The notes: a model not told the origin generated them from the sequence alone. Counted from the stretch's first letter, positions 19,255-29,962 are shown. The stretch: 64,000 bases of DNA from Candidatus Aenigmatarchaeota archaeon (GCA_038999725.1 JAWBWS010000003.1:1-64000), one strand, 5' to 3'. Made by a program: numbers and translations.

Positions 19255-20442
19255 TTAAAACCAATCCCAAAAACTTTTCTTCTTTTCTTCCCTTTTCTTA
19301 AGAATCTTCAAAACTCTTCTCACTTCAGCTTCAGCTTTTTCAGCAGATTTAGCGTCATTGCCGACTCCACAAGTATTCCCCACACCAACGACTAGAATGT
19401 TTCCTTTGGAATTTTTTATGCTTTTTTCTGTTTTTTCAACAGCTGTTGGAATTGCTTTCAAAACAGCCTCTGGCATTGGTTGAATTGCCTCTTCTTGAGA
19501 CATCTTTATCACTATTGAGTCGAGAGGAATTTTTTTCCTGGTGGCAAGTTCCTCTATATAAGCCCTATCAACACCTATACCACCTATGGCAACCCCAACA
19601 CCTTCAGCAACTTTTCCTGTTTTTTCGCCTTCAAGCTTTGCGGCAGCATCTATTGTGATTATCTTCTCTATCTTTTTTTTCTTCACAAGTTTTTCTGTAG
19701 CTCTTCCTAGTTTACCAAGTCTTCCGCCAGGCCCCTTGGCTTTCATTATTATCACTTTTTTACCATTGATTCTCTTTTCTGCAATCACTACATCTTCTTC
19801 CATTTCCACAGGTTTGCTATCCCCTATAAGCCTTGCAGCAACAAGACAGCCTGCTGCATCACCAATTGGCCAACCGTTTATCAAAGCCTCTGTTCCTTGT
19901 AATAAAGCTTTGGATATTCTCTCAATCAATGGTAACTGCATCTCTAAAACCATGCCAAGTTGTAAATTCTTTGTTTTTCTCACAGTCTCAACATAATGTC
20001 TTACCACTTTAACCAGTTGGTTCAAAGCTATGGCTCCACTCAATCCCATCATTAGGTTAGCTTGCTCTTCTTTGTCCAGATCTTTTGCTATATCTTTTAC
20101 AAAGGTTTTGAATTTATCTTCTGAAAGATTCGAGATGTGCTCGAGCTTTTTTATTATCCCAAAAGGATCGAGACTCACAGGCTCTATCATGAAGAATTCA
20201 AGGAAATTATCAATTTTTTCTTTTAAGCCTTTTCCTGCTTTTTTCTCTATTTTTTTCATCACTATTTTTTTTGCCTCTGCCATCAAACCCTCTAGCATGG
20301 TAGCAGATTTTTCAAGCTTCCATAAAAGTTGGGAGACCATTATCCTTGGGTAGAAATTGAAGAAAATTATCAAGATTAACAACCAAAGCAAGTTGGACCA
20401 AAAGTCGCCACCTAACTGAAATAGAAAGGTCATCGCAATCAC
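19255..20442 (-). CDS. DUF1512-family conserved archaeal protein
   Basis: N-terminal TM; PIGD, GPGG..G..G, ITIDAAAKLEGE, GVGNT.GVG. Confidence 0.8.
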   Translation of the reverse strand: MIAMTFLFQLGGDFWSNLLWLLILIIFFNFYPRIMVSQLLWKLEKSATMLEGLMAEAKKIVMKKIEKKAGKGLKEKIDNFLEFFMIEPVSLDPFGIIKKLEHISNLSEDKFKTFVKDIAKDLDKEEQANLMMGLSGAIALNQLVKVVRHYVETVRKTKNLQLGMVLEMQLPLIERISKALLQGTEALINGWPIGDAAGCLVAARLIGDSKPVEMEEDVVIAEKRINGKKVIIMKAKGPGGRLGKLGRATEKLVKKKKIEKIITIDAAAKLEGEKTGKVAEGVGVAIGGIGVDRAYIEELATRKKIPLDSIVIKMSQEEAIQPMPEAVLKAIPTAVEKTEKSIKNSKGNILVVGVGNTCGVGNDAKSAEKAEAEVRRVLKILKKREEKKKSFWDWF

Positions 20443-20499
20443 TATAAAATTGGTTTCAAGAATATTTATTTTTGTTTTGCTAAATAATTTTTAGAGAAG

Positions 20500-21162
20500 A
20501 TGAAGTTTAAACATTTGGTTGCAATCGCCGTCATCCTCACAGCCACAGGCTTCTTGTTGTTCACGGAGCAGGGTAAAAAGTATGCTATTTCTTTGGGCGG
20601 TATGACAAGAAATTTAACAAGTATGGTTGGGGGCTTCCTCGCTTCTTTTATCAAAATTCCCCCAAAGGGAGAATTTAATTTTGAATTAGAATTAAACAAG
20701 GAAGCTGCTTATAAACAAAGCTTTTCTTTTTCCAATGCTGGCTTCGAATGTTCGTGTCGAATCCTGAATTTAATTATCGATGGGAAAATATGGGAAGTTG
20801 GTGATAAGATTAGAATTGAAATGGTGGGGGATGGGGAAGTTTTGATTGGAAATGAAGGCAAGCTAATATTGAAAGCTGATGCAAGCTCGATAAAATTTGA
20901 CTCTTGGAAAACAAGTAAAGTAAAAGTGGAAATAGAAATGATTCCTGAAAACTTCTTTTTGAGCAATGCTAAAGCCAAATTGTTGAACATGACATCTGTC
21001 TCAGGGACGATGAGTAAAGAAATGGAAGATTTGAAGATAAAAGTTGATTTTGAGCAAGCCAACTTAAAGTTGGAAGGATTTAATGGAAGTGTGAAGTTTG
21101 AGGAAAAGCTAAGGCTTGAGGGAACTGCAACCGATATAGAAATCAACGGAAAGAGAGTTTAG
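20500..21162 (+). CDS. Hypothetical exported/membrane-anchored beta-rich protein
   Basis: N-terminal signal-like helix. Confidence 0.7.
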   Translation: MKFKHLVAIAVILTATGFLLFTEQGKKYAISLGGMTRNLTSMVGGFLASFIKIPPKGEFNFELELNKEAAYKQSFSFSNAGFECSCRILNLIIDGKIWEVGDKIRIEMVGDGEVLIGNEGKLILKADASSIKFDSWKTSKVKVEIEMIPENFFLSNAKAKLLNMTSVSGTMSKEMEDLKIKVDFEQANLKLEGFNGSVKFEEKLRLEGTATDIEINGKRV

Positions 21163-21171
21163 GGAAAAAAC

Positions 21172-21627
21172 ATGAAGATAAAAGAGGAAAGAAGGAGAGA
21201 AAGACCTGTGGTAGCCCTCTTTGTTGATGGGCCAAACATGCTAAGGAAAGAGTTCATGGTTGACTTGAGAGAACTAAGGAGGAGGGTTGAAAAATACGGG
21301 AGAATTGCCATAGCAAAGGTTTTCTTGAATCAATTTGCTCCGGAGAAATTAATAGAAGCTATAATAAATGAGGGATTTGAATGTACCATGGTTTTGGCGC
21401 AAAAAGAGGAAGAAGCGAGTGATGTTGATGTTGCTTTGGCTGTGTCAGCAATAGAAACTCTACTGACAAAAAATGTTGATGTAATTGCGATAGCAACTCG
21501 AGATGCAGATTTCTTACCAGTTGTGTTAAAAGCCAAGGAGTATGGGAAGAAAGTGGTTGTGTTGGGGGTCGAGCCAGGTTTTTCGATAAGTATAAGAAAT
21601 GCTGCCGACTTTGTTGAAAATTTGTGA
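21172..21627 (+). CDS. NYN (PIN-like) domain protein
   Basis: FVDGPN, DVDV, RDADF.P, G..PGFS. Confidence 0.9.
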   Translation: MKIKEERRRERPVVALFVDGPNMLRKEFMVDLRELRRRVEKYGRIAIAKVFLNQFAPEKLIEAIINEGFECTMVLAQKEEEASDVDVALAVSAIETLLTKNVDVIAIATRDADFLPVVLKAKEYGKKVVVLGVEPGFSISIRNAADFVENL

Positions 21628-21681
21628 TTTTGCAACAGATATAAATTTATCGAAGACAAAATAATATCAAGGTGTTGATTA

Positions 21682-21996
21682 ATGAATTTCATCAAAAAGC
21701 TTTTTAGGAAGGAAGAGCCTATTGAGCTGCCGACTGAGGAAGAACCTGTTCAACCAGTTTATGTGAGAATTGAAAATTTAAAAGATTTTGTTGATATAGA
21801 AAGAATAACAAAACTCTTGAGAGAAGGCAACATAGTCTTCTTGAAAACCAAAGAACTGCAGAAAACTGATTTGGGAGAATTCCAGAATTGTGTACAGAAG
21901 CTCAAAAGGGTTTCAAACCAGTATGGATTTGACATAGCCGGAACAGAAGAGGGCTATCTTGTGTTAACACCAAACTTTGCAAAAATAGTAAGGTAA
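21682..21996 (+). CDS. sepF: Cell division protein SepF
   Basis: LREGNIVFL, GFDIAG....LVLTP. Confidence 0.85.
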   Translation: MNFIKKLFRKEEPIELPTEEEPVQPVYVRIENLKDFVDIERITKLLREGNIVFLKTKELQKTDLGEFQNCVQKLKRVSNQYGFDIAGTEEGYLVLTPNFAKIVR

Positions 21997-21997
21997 A

Positions 21998-23353
21998 CTA
22001 TTTTGGCCAAAAAGGCTTTTCCTTGCTTAAGAAATCTAAAAGCTTTCTTTGGTAGAGCATACCCTTCAATAAATTGCTGTTGTTAATCCAATCACCAATT
22101 TTTATGTCCAATCTTGATGAAATGTATTTCAAAGCTTCTTCTAAGCTCTTGAACTTTAATGGCTTGTATTTCAAAGCTTCCCTCACATTTTCTCTTACAT
22201 TCCACACACCAACCGGTAAGATATAACCAGGGTGTGCTTCCCTAAAAATTATTACTCCTGCTTGCCTTTTCTCTCTTTCAAGATGCTCACTCACTGCAAG
22301 TCTTGCCGCGTAGTAACAACCACCTATTTCAGCGTAAGTGTTTCTTCCTTCAAATCCTTCAGAACTTGAGTAAATTGCAACTTCTTTCCCCTCAGGATTC
22401 CATGTTGTTTTTGGATACCAAGCTTCTATCAGTTCATATTGCCAAAAGGAAGGAACCATTAAGATTATCCATCTGTTGTCTAAAGCAAAATGTTCATAAA
22501 CTCTGAACTCGTTGATTAATGGAAACTCCTTCACTTTTTCCAAAAGATTTTGCGAGATTATAGTGTCTACTGCAGTTATGCTCATCTTGGTGGGAACAAA
22601 CCGTCGATTTTTTTCAATTCCAAACAATCCTGCTGAAAAAGCTGTTTGAATCTTTGAGATCAATACACCTTTGTTATAAAGCATTATTACAGCATCTTCT
22701 GCTTTCAAATCAGTATCACTAGAGGCTTTCTCGATTCTTTGATCTGGCTTAATATTTCCTATAGATAATTTCTTTAATGGAGCCGAAGGACCAAAGGGCT
22801 GAACTTCATCGTCTAATATCAACCTTCCTGAAGGTTTTTTTGTAAATTCTACTTCTGTGTCAGTAGGAAGTTTGGAAAGGGCCAATTCTCTTGTGAGCTC
22901 AACTATTCTTCCTCCTCTGACATTTTTTACATGAACTCTATATTTTCCCCTTACCAATTGAGAACGAAAACTAACAATCTCTTCTATGGACTTACCAGAC
23001 CATAATTCAGGTGTATCTAAAATTGTTGTATCACCATGAAAAGGTGGGACCAGAGGCCCTACAAAGCAATAGGGATAGCCAAACTTACCCACAAATATTC
23101 CACCTGGAGCAGAGCCTTCTACTCTGAAGCTATCTACAAAAGATATGGTTTTCATCTGGGCATAAAATCTGACTAAAATAGGACATCTTGTCTTCCCACA
23201 TAAAAGTTTTCCACCTCTACACAAAATACAACGAAAATTCCGAGTAACAGCTTTTATGCCACTACCGCTTAATTCTGAAAGAATGTTTGGATTATTAATA
23301 ACAGATGCGATCCAGGGATTTCTCATTTTTTGAAATCTCAATTTACTTTGCAT
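21998..23353 (-). CDS. nreA: Nre-family DNA repair protein (DUF650/651)
   Basis: C..C.G...LCG...CP Zn motif, GGCYYAARLAV, PVGVW.VRE, C-terminal PIP-like QRKLLDF. Confidence 0.9.
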   Translation of the reverse strand: MQSKLRFQKMRNPWIASVINNPNILSELSGSGIKAVTRNFRCILCRGGKLLCGKTRCPILVRFYAQMKTISFVDSFRVEGSAPGGIFVGKFGYPYCFVGPLVPPFHGDTTILDTPELWSGKSIEEIVSFRSQLVRGKYRVHVKNVRGGRIVELTRELALSKLPTDTEVEFTKKPSGRLILDDEVQPFGPSAPLKKLSIGNIKPDQRIEKASSDTDLKAEDAVIMLYNKGVLISKIQTAFSAGLFGIEKNRRFVPTKMSITAVDTIISQNLLEKVKEFPLINEFRVYEHFALDNRWIILMVPSFWQYELIEAWYPKTTWNPEGKEVAIYSSSEGFEGRNTYAEIGGCYYAARLAVSEHLEREKRQAGVIIFREAHPGYILPVGVWNVRENVREALKYKPLKFKSLEEALKYISSRLDIKIGDWINNSNLLKGMLYQRKLLDFLSKEKPFWPK

Positions 23354-23530
23354 AATTTACTTCACCTTGTCACCAAGGTATAAACAACACTCTCCACAAA
23401 CTTATGTCATATTCAACTTAATGGTTTTCTGTTTTTTTATATCATGCGATTTAAACAAATCTAATCTCATATAATAAGAATAAGGATACAATATATACTT
23501 AGGTTTTGGAAGTAGATTTCCAGTGTTTTC

Positions 23531-24334
23531 ATGATCGTCAAAGAAATTAAGTGCAAGTCTTTGCTGAACGAAAGCCAGCTTGCTGACTATTGCATTAATT
23601 GCTATGTTGGTTGCGAGCATGGGTGCAAATATTGTTACGCTTACAGTATAACAAAAAAGTTTGCTTTGCATGAAGAAGCTTGGGGGAAATTTGTTGATGT
23701 CAAAATTAACGCACCAGAAATTTTGAAAAAAGAAATTTTAAGGAAGAAAAAAGGCAAGGTTTTCTTAAGTAGCTTGACCGACCCTTACCAACCTTTGGAG
23801 AAAAAGTATCAGCTTACAAGAAAATGTTTGGAAATTTTGTTGAAACATCAATTTCCTATCATAATCCAAACAAAATCTGACTTGATTTTAAGAGATTTAG
23901 ATTTGTTAAAGAAATTCAAGAGCTGCGAAATTGGCTTCACCATAACAACTTTAGATGAAGAAATAAGAGAAAAATTTGAGCCAAACTCATCCCCTGTTAA
24001 AGAAAAACTTGAAGCAATCAAAGTTTTGAAAGAAAATGGAATTTTTGTTTATGTTTTTTTCGGACCAGTTCTTCCCTATCTCTCAGACAAAAACTTGGAT
24101 GGATATTTTGAGAAGATGGCTGAATTGAAAGTAGATGAAGTTTGGGTTGATAAGTTGAATTTAAAACCAGGAGTCTGGGAATCTGTTTCTAAAGTTTTGA
24201 AAGAAAATTATCCTGAGCTTTTGAAAAAATGGGAGGAAATTTTGTTTTTCAAGAACAACTATTGGGGAGAGTTAAAGGAAAAGGTAAGAAGAATTTGTGA
24301 AGAGAAGAAAGTTAGGTGTATTTTTTGCTATTGA
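23531..24334 (+). CDS. SplB-like radical SAM protein
   Basis: Y.GCEHGCKYCYA, SS.TDPYQP.E, TKS. Confidence 0.88.
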   Translation: MIVKEIKCKSLLNESQLADYCINCYVGCEHGCKYCYAYSITKKFALHEEAWGKFVDVKINAPEILKKEILRKKKGKVFLSSLTDPYQPLEKKYQLTRKCLEILLKHQFPIIIQTKSDLILRDLDLLKKFKSCEIGFTITTLDEEIREKFEPNSSPVKEKLEAIKVLKENGIFVYVFFGPVLPYLSDKNLDGYFEKMAELKVDEVWVDKLNLKPGVWESVSKVLKENYPELLKKWEEILFFKNNYWGELKEKVRRICEEKKVRCIFCY

Positions 24335-24349
24335 ATTTTTTAATTTAAA

Positions 24350-24634
24350 TCAACTTGAATTTTTTGAAAAGTAAATTTTCATTATTCTATCCTGCAACTC
24401 TGATTCCTTGGTATCTTTTTTCTTATATAACTCCAATAATAGTCGAAGTTCATCTTCATCCAAATTATTTATACTATCTCTCAATTTTTCTTTAATTTTG
24501 CAAGCAAGCGTAGGGAATACTACAAAAAGTAAAGATTCTGAAATAGTTGAGAGTATATACAATTTTGAATATTCAATTCCTATGAAATATTTGCTCGCCC
24601 ATTCAACAAGTTCCTCAATCTCTTCCACGCTCAT
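24350..24634 (-). CDS. Hypothetical protein
   Basis: 94-aa ORF co-oriented with nurA. Confidence 0.55.
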   Translation of the reverse strand: MSVEEIEELVEWASKYFIGIEYSKLYILSTISESLLFVVFPTLACKIKEKLRDSINNLDEDELRLLLELYKKKDTKESELQDRIMKIYFSKNSS

Positions 24635-24666
24635 GATTAATCTTTCTTACTTAATTAATTTAAATC

Positions 24667-25728
24667 TTAAAACGGTCTTTCCCTTCTCCTGAGCTCGAAC
24701 ATACTGGCTAAATTCCCCAGCCTGCTTTTCAAATCCAAACCAAATTCTTCTACTTCTTCTTCACTTAACCTTGCCCTCAAATCAGCTTCTATTAAGATAG
24801 AAGGAAAACCATAGGTTGAGGAGTTGCAAATTGCAAGTAAAATGGAAGAAATCTTGTCAGCAAGCTCACTTTCATTTGAGCCAGCCAAAAAATCAATTCT
24901 TATTGGCCTGTCAAATTCTGCTGTCTTCAAATAAAAACTGTATATCTTCTTGCCAATTTCATCAAACTCTTTTAAAATAGAATGCTTTTCCGGTTCAGAA
25001 GAATAAGCAAAAGCAAAGGTTCTCTCCCCATAATTTAAAGCGTAAGAAAGCAAGTTAGTGTCTTTAGTTTTCTCCAGCAAGACCTTAGCCTCTTTAACTT
25101 CCGGAAATAAAATAAGGCTTTTGGCCAATATTTCGCAAAATCTTGTACCTCTACTGTCTTTTATCACCCCTGCAAGAATTGTTCCATTTTCTTCAGCAAC
25201 TGAAAAAAGATTTTTGTAAGTTTCTATCATTTGCTGATAAATTTGAAATAATAGAGAGGAGGGTTCTGGCCTTTGAACATAATGTGGAACTATGGAACCG
25301 TCCAATAAAAGCAAGTTTGGCTTGAATTTTTCTATCACTTCTTTTGCAGTTTCCACTTCCACCATTTGTCTCTGCATGTTTGAATTAAATTCAAACTCAA
25401 GCTCAGAGAAAGGATCGAAAATAATACTTGGGATAGGTGTAGGTAAAGGTTCGGGGTAATAGTTTACTTCTTTCAGCTTCCCATCCTCAAAATCAAAAAT
25501 AACACCAACCGCTTTAAGCAAAATCAGATCAACACCATGGAAAGATTCTTTTACCATACCTCCATCTATTCCAGCAATCTTTATTTTTTTAAGATCATCT
25601 GCCTTAACTTCAACTATTATCCTTTCAGAACCAAGTTTTCTTAAAGCTTCAGCAAGCTCCATCCTCTGATTTTCCATTTCCCTTATCTGCTTGACAAAGC
25701 TTTCCATGAGTTGGAAAAATTTTTTCAT
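24667..25728 (-). CDS. nurA: NurA 5'-3' nuclease
   Basis: AGIDGG, LLLDGS, GVIKDS, YGFP..LIEAD..AR. Confidence 0.88.
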   Translation of the reverse strand: MKKFFQLMESFVKQIREMENQRMELAEALRKLGSERIIVEVKADDLKKIKIAGIDGGMVKESFHGVDLILLKAVGVIFDFEDGKLKEVNYYPEPLPTPIPSIIFDPFSELEFEFNSNMQRQMVEVETAKEVIEKFKPNLLLLDGSIVPHYVQRPEPSSLLFQIYQQMIETYKNLFSVAEENGTILAGVIKDSRGTRFCEILAKSLILFPEVKEAKVLLEKTKDTNLLSYALNYGERTFAFAYSSEPEKHSILKEFDEIGKKIYSFYLKTAEFDRPIRIDFLAGSNESELADKISSILLAICNSSTYGFPSILIEADLRARLSEEEVEEFGLDLKSRLGNLASMFELRRRERPF

Positions 25729-25786
25729 AAAATTTATATTTGAGACAAAGCTCTTATTCTTATAGAACTTTAAGGAAGAAGTGAAA

Positions 25787-26572
25787 TTAAGTTTTTTCCT
25801 TCAGGAGAGAATAGAGCCTTGCTTCCATCCCAATTTTCATCACTTGACAAAAAGCTAGTGCGAGGGAGGGAATTAACAAGAAAGGAATTATTGTTGGGGA
25901 CACCAAAAGTCTTGCTAAATATTCTGCAAGAATTGTGACATCTTGGGTTTGCATGGAGAGAGCATAAATATTGCCACTAAGCCAAAATATGAGGGGGAAA
26001 AAGGAGATTGTGACTAAAACAAGGGAAATTAAAGTTATAAGCAAAGCAATTATGAAAGTTTTGAAAGGAGCTGCCTTGAAAAGAGAGAAACTTTTCTTAA
26101 AGGATTCTACTATATCTTTCCCATCCATTATCGCTGCTGGATAAACATAAAAAGAAGCTAGACTAAAAAACAAAATCAAAACTAAACCTAACAAAAAGAA
26201 AGGAATGAGACCAATCAAGATGTAAATTCCAGCCAAGGTCATCAAGATGAGGAAAGATTTTAGGAAAATAGAAAAAGCAAACCTAAAGCTTTTTTTCATC
26301 GGGATTTTTTTACCGAAGTTTTTGGCTTGATGAAACATGACAGCAATTAGTAAGGGTTGAGAAAAACCAAAGAAAATAAAAACGAAAAGATATAAACCGT
26401 AAAGTGAGGTTATTGAAGCCAAGGTTTCGGGAGTTAGTTCTTTCAATGATCCAAACCTCCCAAGCATATCACAGATGGTATACAAAAGCAAAAGGTTCAG
26501 GAAAATATAGGGAAGCATTCTTTTCAAGGAGAAGGCAAACTTGAAACCTTCTACCACAACTTTACCAATCAT
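25787..26572 (-). CDS. Multi-pass membrane protein
   Basis: About six TM segments. Confidence 0.75.
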   Translation of the reverse strand: MIGKVVVEGFKFAFSLKRMLPYIFLNLLLLYTICDMLGRFGSLKELTPETLASITSLYGLYLFVFIFFGFSQPLLIAVMFHQAKNFGKKIPMKKSFRFAFSIFLKSFLILMTLAGIYILIGLIPFFLLGLVLILFFSLASFYVYPAAIMDGKDIVESFKKSFSLFKAAPFKTFIIALLITLISLVLVTISFFPLIFWLSGNIYALSMQTQDVTILAEYLARLLVSPTIIPFLLIPSLALAFCQVMKIGMEARLYSLLKEKT

Positions 26573-26611
26573 AATTTTATTTTAATTTCTGAAATATAAA
26601 AAACATATAGT

Positions 26612-27367
26612 ATGAAGTTTTCCAAGTTCAAAACTTTCATTTTTGATTTGGATGGAACTGTATGGAATTGGAAAGAGCTTATGCCCGGAGCAAGGGAAAT
26701 CACAACCTTGTTAAGAAGGAAAGGAAAGCAAGTTTTGTTCATAACAAACAATACCATGGTTAAGAGAAAACAATTGATTGAAAAATTGAATGGATTTGGC
26801 ATTGAGTGCAAAGAAGATGAGCTTGTAAGCTCCAGCATGGCTATTGCTGAATTCTTGAAATACAAGGAAAGCAAGGCTTTTGTTATTTGTGATGCTTTGA
26901 AAGAAGATTTGAGAGAATGGGGAGTAGAAGTTCGGGAAGATGAAAATGTTGATTATGTTGTTATTGGTCATGATGTCAATTTTAACTATCAAAAAATTTT
27001 AACTGCCATCAAAGCAAGCCGAAAGGGGGCTAAGCTTATAGCTGCAGCCACTGGCAGAGTTTTTATTCATAGCAATGAAGTGTGGCCCGGCACTGGTTGC
27101 ATAGTTAAATCCATAGAACATGCCTGCAACAAAAAAGCTTTGCTTTTGGGTAAGCCTTCCAATATCATGTGCCAGCTTGTTCAGCTTTTTGTTCAATCGT
27201 CAAGAAAAGAAACTGTTGTGTTTGGGGATGAACTAAAGGCTGATATCGGTCTTGCAAAAAAATGTGGGTATTTCGGTGTTTTAGTGAGAACGGGGGTTGA
27301 TAGGGAGATGGATGGAAAAATAGAACCGGATATGGTGGTGGATTCCTTGAAAGATGTGAAAATTTAG
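26612..27367 (+). CDS. HAD-superfamily IIA (NagD-like) phosphatase
   Basis: FDLDGT, ITNN, GKPS, GD....DI. Confidence 0.92.
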   Translation: MKFSKFKTFIFDLDGTVWNWKELMPGAREITTLLRRKGKQVLFITNNTMVKRKQLIEKLNGFGIECKEDELVSSSMAIAEFLKYKESKAFVICDALKEDLREWGVEVREDENVDYVVIGHDVNFNYQKILTAIKASRKGAKLIAAATGRVFIHSNEVWPGTGCIVKSIEHACNKKALLLGKPSNIMCQLVQLFVQSSRKETVVFGDELKADIGLAKKCGYFGVLVRTGVDREMDGKIEPDMVVDSLKDVKI

Positions 27368-27432
27368 AATTTTTCATTTTCTATTCCAGAGGGTAAAGAA
27401 TATTATTCTCAACTTCAATTTTATTTTAAGAG

Positions 27433-29094
27433 GTGGTTGAATTAGCGAGGATATTAATAACTAGTGCACTACCTTATGCAAATGGTGAAATTCATCTTGG
27501 TCATATAGCTTCCACTTACTTACCCGCAGATATCTTCGCGAGATTTTGTAAACTGTGTAAGTATGAGACAATTCATGTTTGTGGGACAGATGACTTTGGT
27601 GTTCCAATTTTGATAAAGGCAGAGCAAGAGAGAAAAAAACCGGAAGATTTTGTGAATTTTTGGCATACCGAACAACTAAAAGATTTAAAGGCTGCGGGTA
27701 TAAATTTTGAGATTTTCTACCAAACACACTCAAAAGAGAATGTAGAACTTGTACAACATTTCTTTAAAGTTTTGAATGCAAAGGGCTTCATCTACACAAA
27801 AGAAATAGAGCAAGCTTATTGTGAGAATTGTAAGAGGTTTTTACCGGATAGATATATAAAAGGAATATGTCCTTACTGTGGGGCAAAAGATCAATATTCA
27901 GATTCTTGTGAAGTTTGTGGAAGAGCTTTACAACCGGGTGAAATTAAAGAGCCTCATTGTGCAATTTGTGGCTCAACACCAACCACCAAGATAACAACAC
28001 ATTATTTTTTTGATTTGCCACGTCTTTCAGAAGATTTGAAAAAATGGTTAGAAGAAAACCAAAACCTACAACCGGAAGTTAAGAATTATGTTTTAGAATG
28101 GATAAAAGAAGGTTTGAGGGAGTGGGACATAACAAGGGAAATACCCTGGGGTGTACCAATACCTTTGAAAGAGGCCAAGGGAAAGGTTTTGTACAACTGG
28201 TTTGATAATCACATAGGCTACATTTCTTTCACCTTAAAATACTTTGCTGATAAAGGCTTGGATGGAAAAGAATTTTGGAATTCTGCAAAAATTTACCATT
28301 TTATAGGCAAAGATATAGTTTATCACCACTACCTCTTTTTACCAGCCATGAGGATGGCTGAAGGAAGTTACAAGCTTCCCGATTTTATTCCAACCAGAGG
28401 TCATATAATGCTTCAAGGTCAAAAATTCTCTAAGAGCAGGGGATGGTATATAAGCTTGAGAGAGTTCTTGGAAACTTTCCCCCCTGATTATTTAAGATTT
28501 TACTTAACAAGAATTACACCTTACTCTCAAGCCGACATAAACTTTGATTGGGATGAATTTCAAGCTAAGATAAACAATGAGCTTGTTGCAAACATAGGCA
28601 ATTTCGTTCATCGTACTTTAACCTTTATTTGGTCCAATTTTGGTGGAAAGATTCCAAAGCCAACAGAATATAGAGAAGAAGATGAAGAATTTAAAAAAGA
28701 GATAGAGAGAATTGCAGTTTTTGTTGGAAACTTTATAGAAAGAATTGAACTTGACAAAGCCTTGAAATATATTCTTGATTTTTCCACAACTTGCAACAAA
28801 TATTTCCAGAAGAAAGAGCCTTGGAGCAAGAAGAGTGAAGCTCCAACCACACTTTACCTTTGTGCAAATGCTGTTCGCTGCTTAGCAATTTTGCTTGCAC
28901 CTTTCTTACCATTTTCTGCCGAGAAGCTTTGGAAGATGTTGGGATATGAAGATTCTGTTCATGAAGAAGAATGGTTTTCAGCTTCTTTGCTAAAACTTGA
29001 GCCGGGTTGGAAGATAAGGAAGCCTGAAATTCTTTTCAAAATTATTGAAGATGAAAAAATAAAAGCTCAAAAAGATAAATTACCAAAAGGTTAA
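27433..29094 (+). CDS. metG: Methionine--tRNA ligase (catalytic chain)
   Basis: PYANG.IHLGH, two Zn knuckles, KFSKS. Confidence 0.96.
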   Translation: MVELARILITSALPYANGEIHLGHIASTYLPADIFARFCKLCKYETIHVCGTDDFGVPILIKAEQERKKPEDFVNFWHTEQLKDLKAAGINFEIFYQTHSKENVELVQHFFKVLNAKGFIYTKEIEQAYCENCKRFLPDRYIKGICPYCGAKDQYSDSCEVCGRALQPGEIKEPHCAICGSTPTTKITTHYFFDLPRLSEDLKKWLEENQNLQPEVKNYVLEWIKEGLREWDITREIPWGVPIPLKEAKGKVLYNWFDNHIGYISFTLKYFADKGLDGKEFWNSAKIYHFIGKDIVYHHYLFLPAMRMAEGSYKLPDFIPTRGHIMLQGQKFSKSRGWYISLREFLETFPPDYLRFYLTRITPYSQADINFDWDEFQAKINNELVANIGNFVHRTLTFIWSNFGGKIPKPTEYREEDEEFKKEIERIAVFVGNFIERIELDKALKYILDFSTTCNKYFQKKEPWSKKSEAPTTLYLCANAVRCLAILLAPFLPFSAEKLWKMLGYEDSVHEEEWFSASLLKLEPGWKIRKPEILFKIIEDEKIKAQKDKLPKG

Positions 29095-29113
29095 AGTTAA
29101 GGGGGGATGAAAA

Positions 29114-29443
29114 ATGGCAGAAATTTCATTTGCCGACTTTCAAAAAGTTGAGATGAAGATTGGTAAAGTGTTGGAAGCTGAAGTTGTACCAAACTCAAAG
29201 AGATTGATAAAGCTTCAAGTTGATTTTGGAAATGAGAGAAGACAAGCCGTCACTAGTCTTTTGGAATATTACAAGCCTGAGGAGCTTGTTGGAAAAAGCT
29301 TTGTCTTTGTGACAAACTTGAAGCCTGCAAAGTTCATGGGTGTGGAAAGCAATTGCATGATTCTTGCTGCAGAAGATGGCAAGGGAAACATAGCTTTAAT
29401 TCAACCAGAAAAGGAGATTGAACCTGGCACTAGAGTAAGATGA
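29114..29443 (+). CDS. tRNA-binding OB-fold protein (MetRS C-terminal/Trbp111/CsaA-like)
   Basis: NLKPAKFMGVESNCMILAA; has its own SD. Confidence 0.9.
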   Translation: MAEISFADFQKVEMKIGKVLEAEVVPNSKRLIKLQVDFGNERRQAVTSLLEYYKPEELVGKSFVFVTNLKPAKFMGVESNCMILAAEDGKGNIALIQPEKEIEPGTRVR

Positions 29444-29491
29444 TGGTTTAAAGAATCTTTAATCTTGAAAGAAAAAAATATATTAGGGAAG

Positions 29492-29962
29492 ATGAAAAAA
29501 GTAAGAGAAATTATGAACACAAAGGTAATTTGCTTTGATTCTGAGCAAACTATATTTGAAGTTGCTAAAGTACTTTCCGAGAAAAATATTTCTGGCGCCC
29601 CTGTGCTTGAAAATGATAAAATTGTGGGAATAGTAAGCACTTCAGATATAGTAAAATTCTTGAAAACAGAATTGAAAATAGGGCCTGCATACGAGTTGCC
29701 GTTTCTGGGTTTGCTCTTTCTAGATTTGGTGAAAACTGGCAAGGATTACATCAAGCTGAAGAAAGAAATAAAGAAAATCTCTAATATAAAAGTGAAAAAT
29801 ATCATGTCCAAAAAAGTTATTTCTATAGACCCTGAAGCAAGTGTTTTTGACGCAGCTAACTTGATGGAAAAGCATGATGTGAATAGATTACCAGTAGTGG
29901 AAAATGGAAAGTTGGTAGGAATTGTTGCAAGAGCTGATGTCATAAAAGCTATAATTGGTTAA
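29492..29962 (+). CDS. CBS-domain pair protein
   Basis: ISGAPV..VGIV and VNRLPVV..LVGIV. Confidence 0.9.
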   Translation: MKKVREIMNTKVICFDSEQTIFEVAKVLSEKNISGAPVLENDKIVGIVSTSDIVKFLKTELKIGPAYELPFLGLLFLDLVKTGKDYIKLKKEIKKISNIKVKNIMSKKVISIDPEASVFDAANLMEKHDVNRLPVVENGKLVGIVARADVIKAIIG

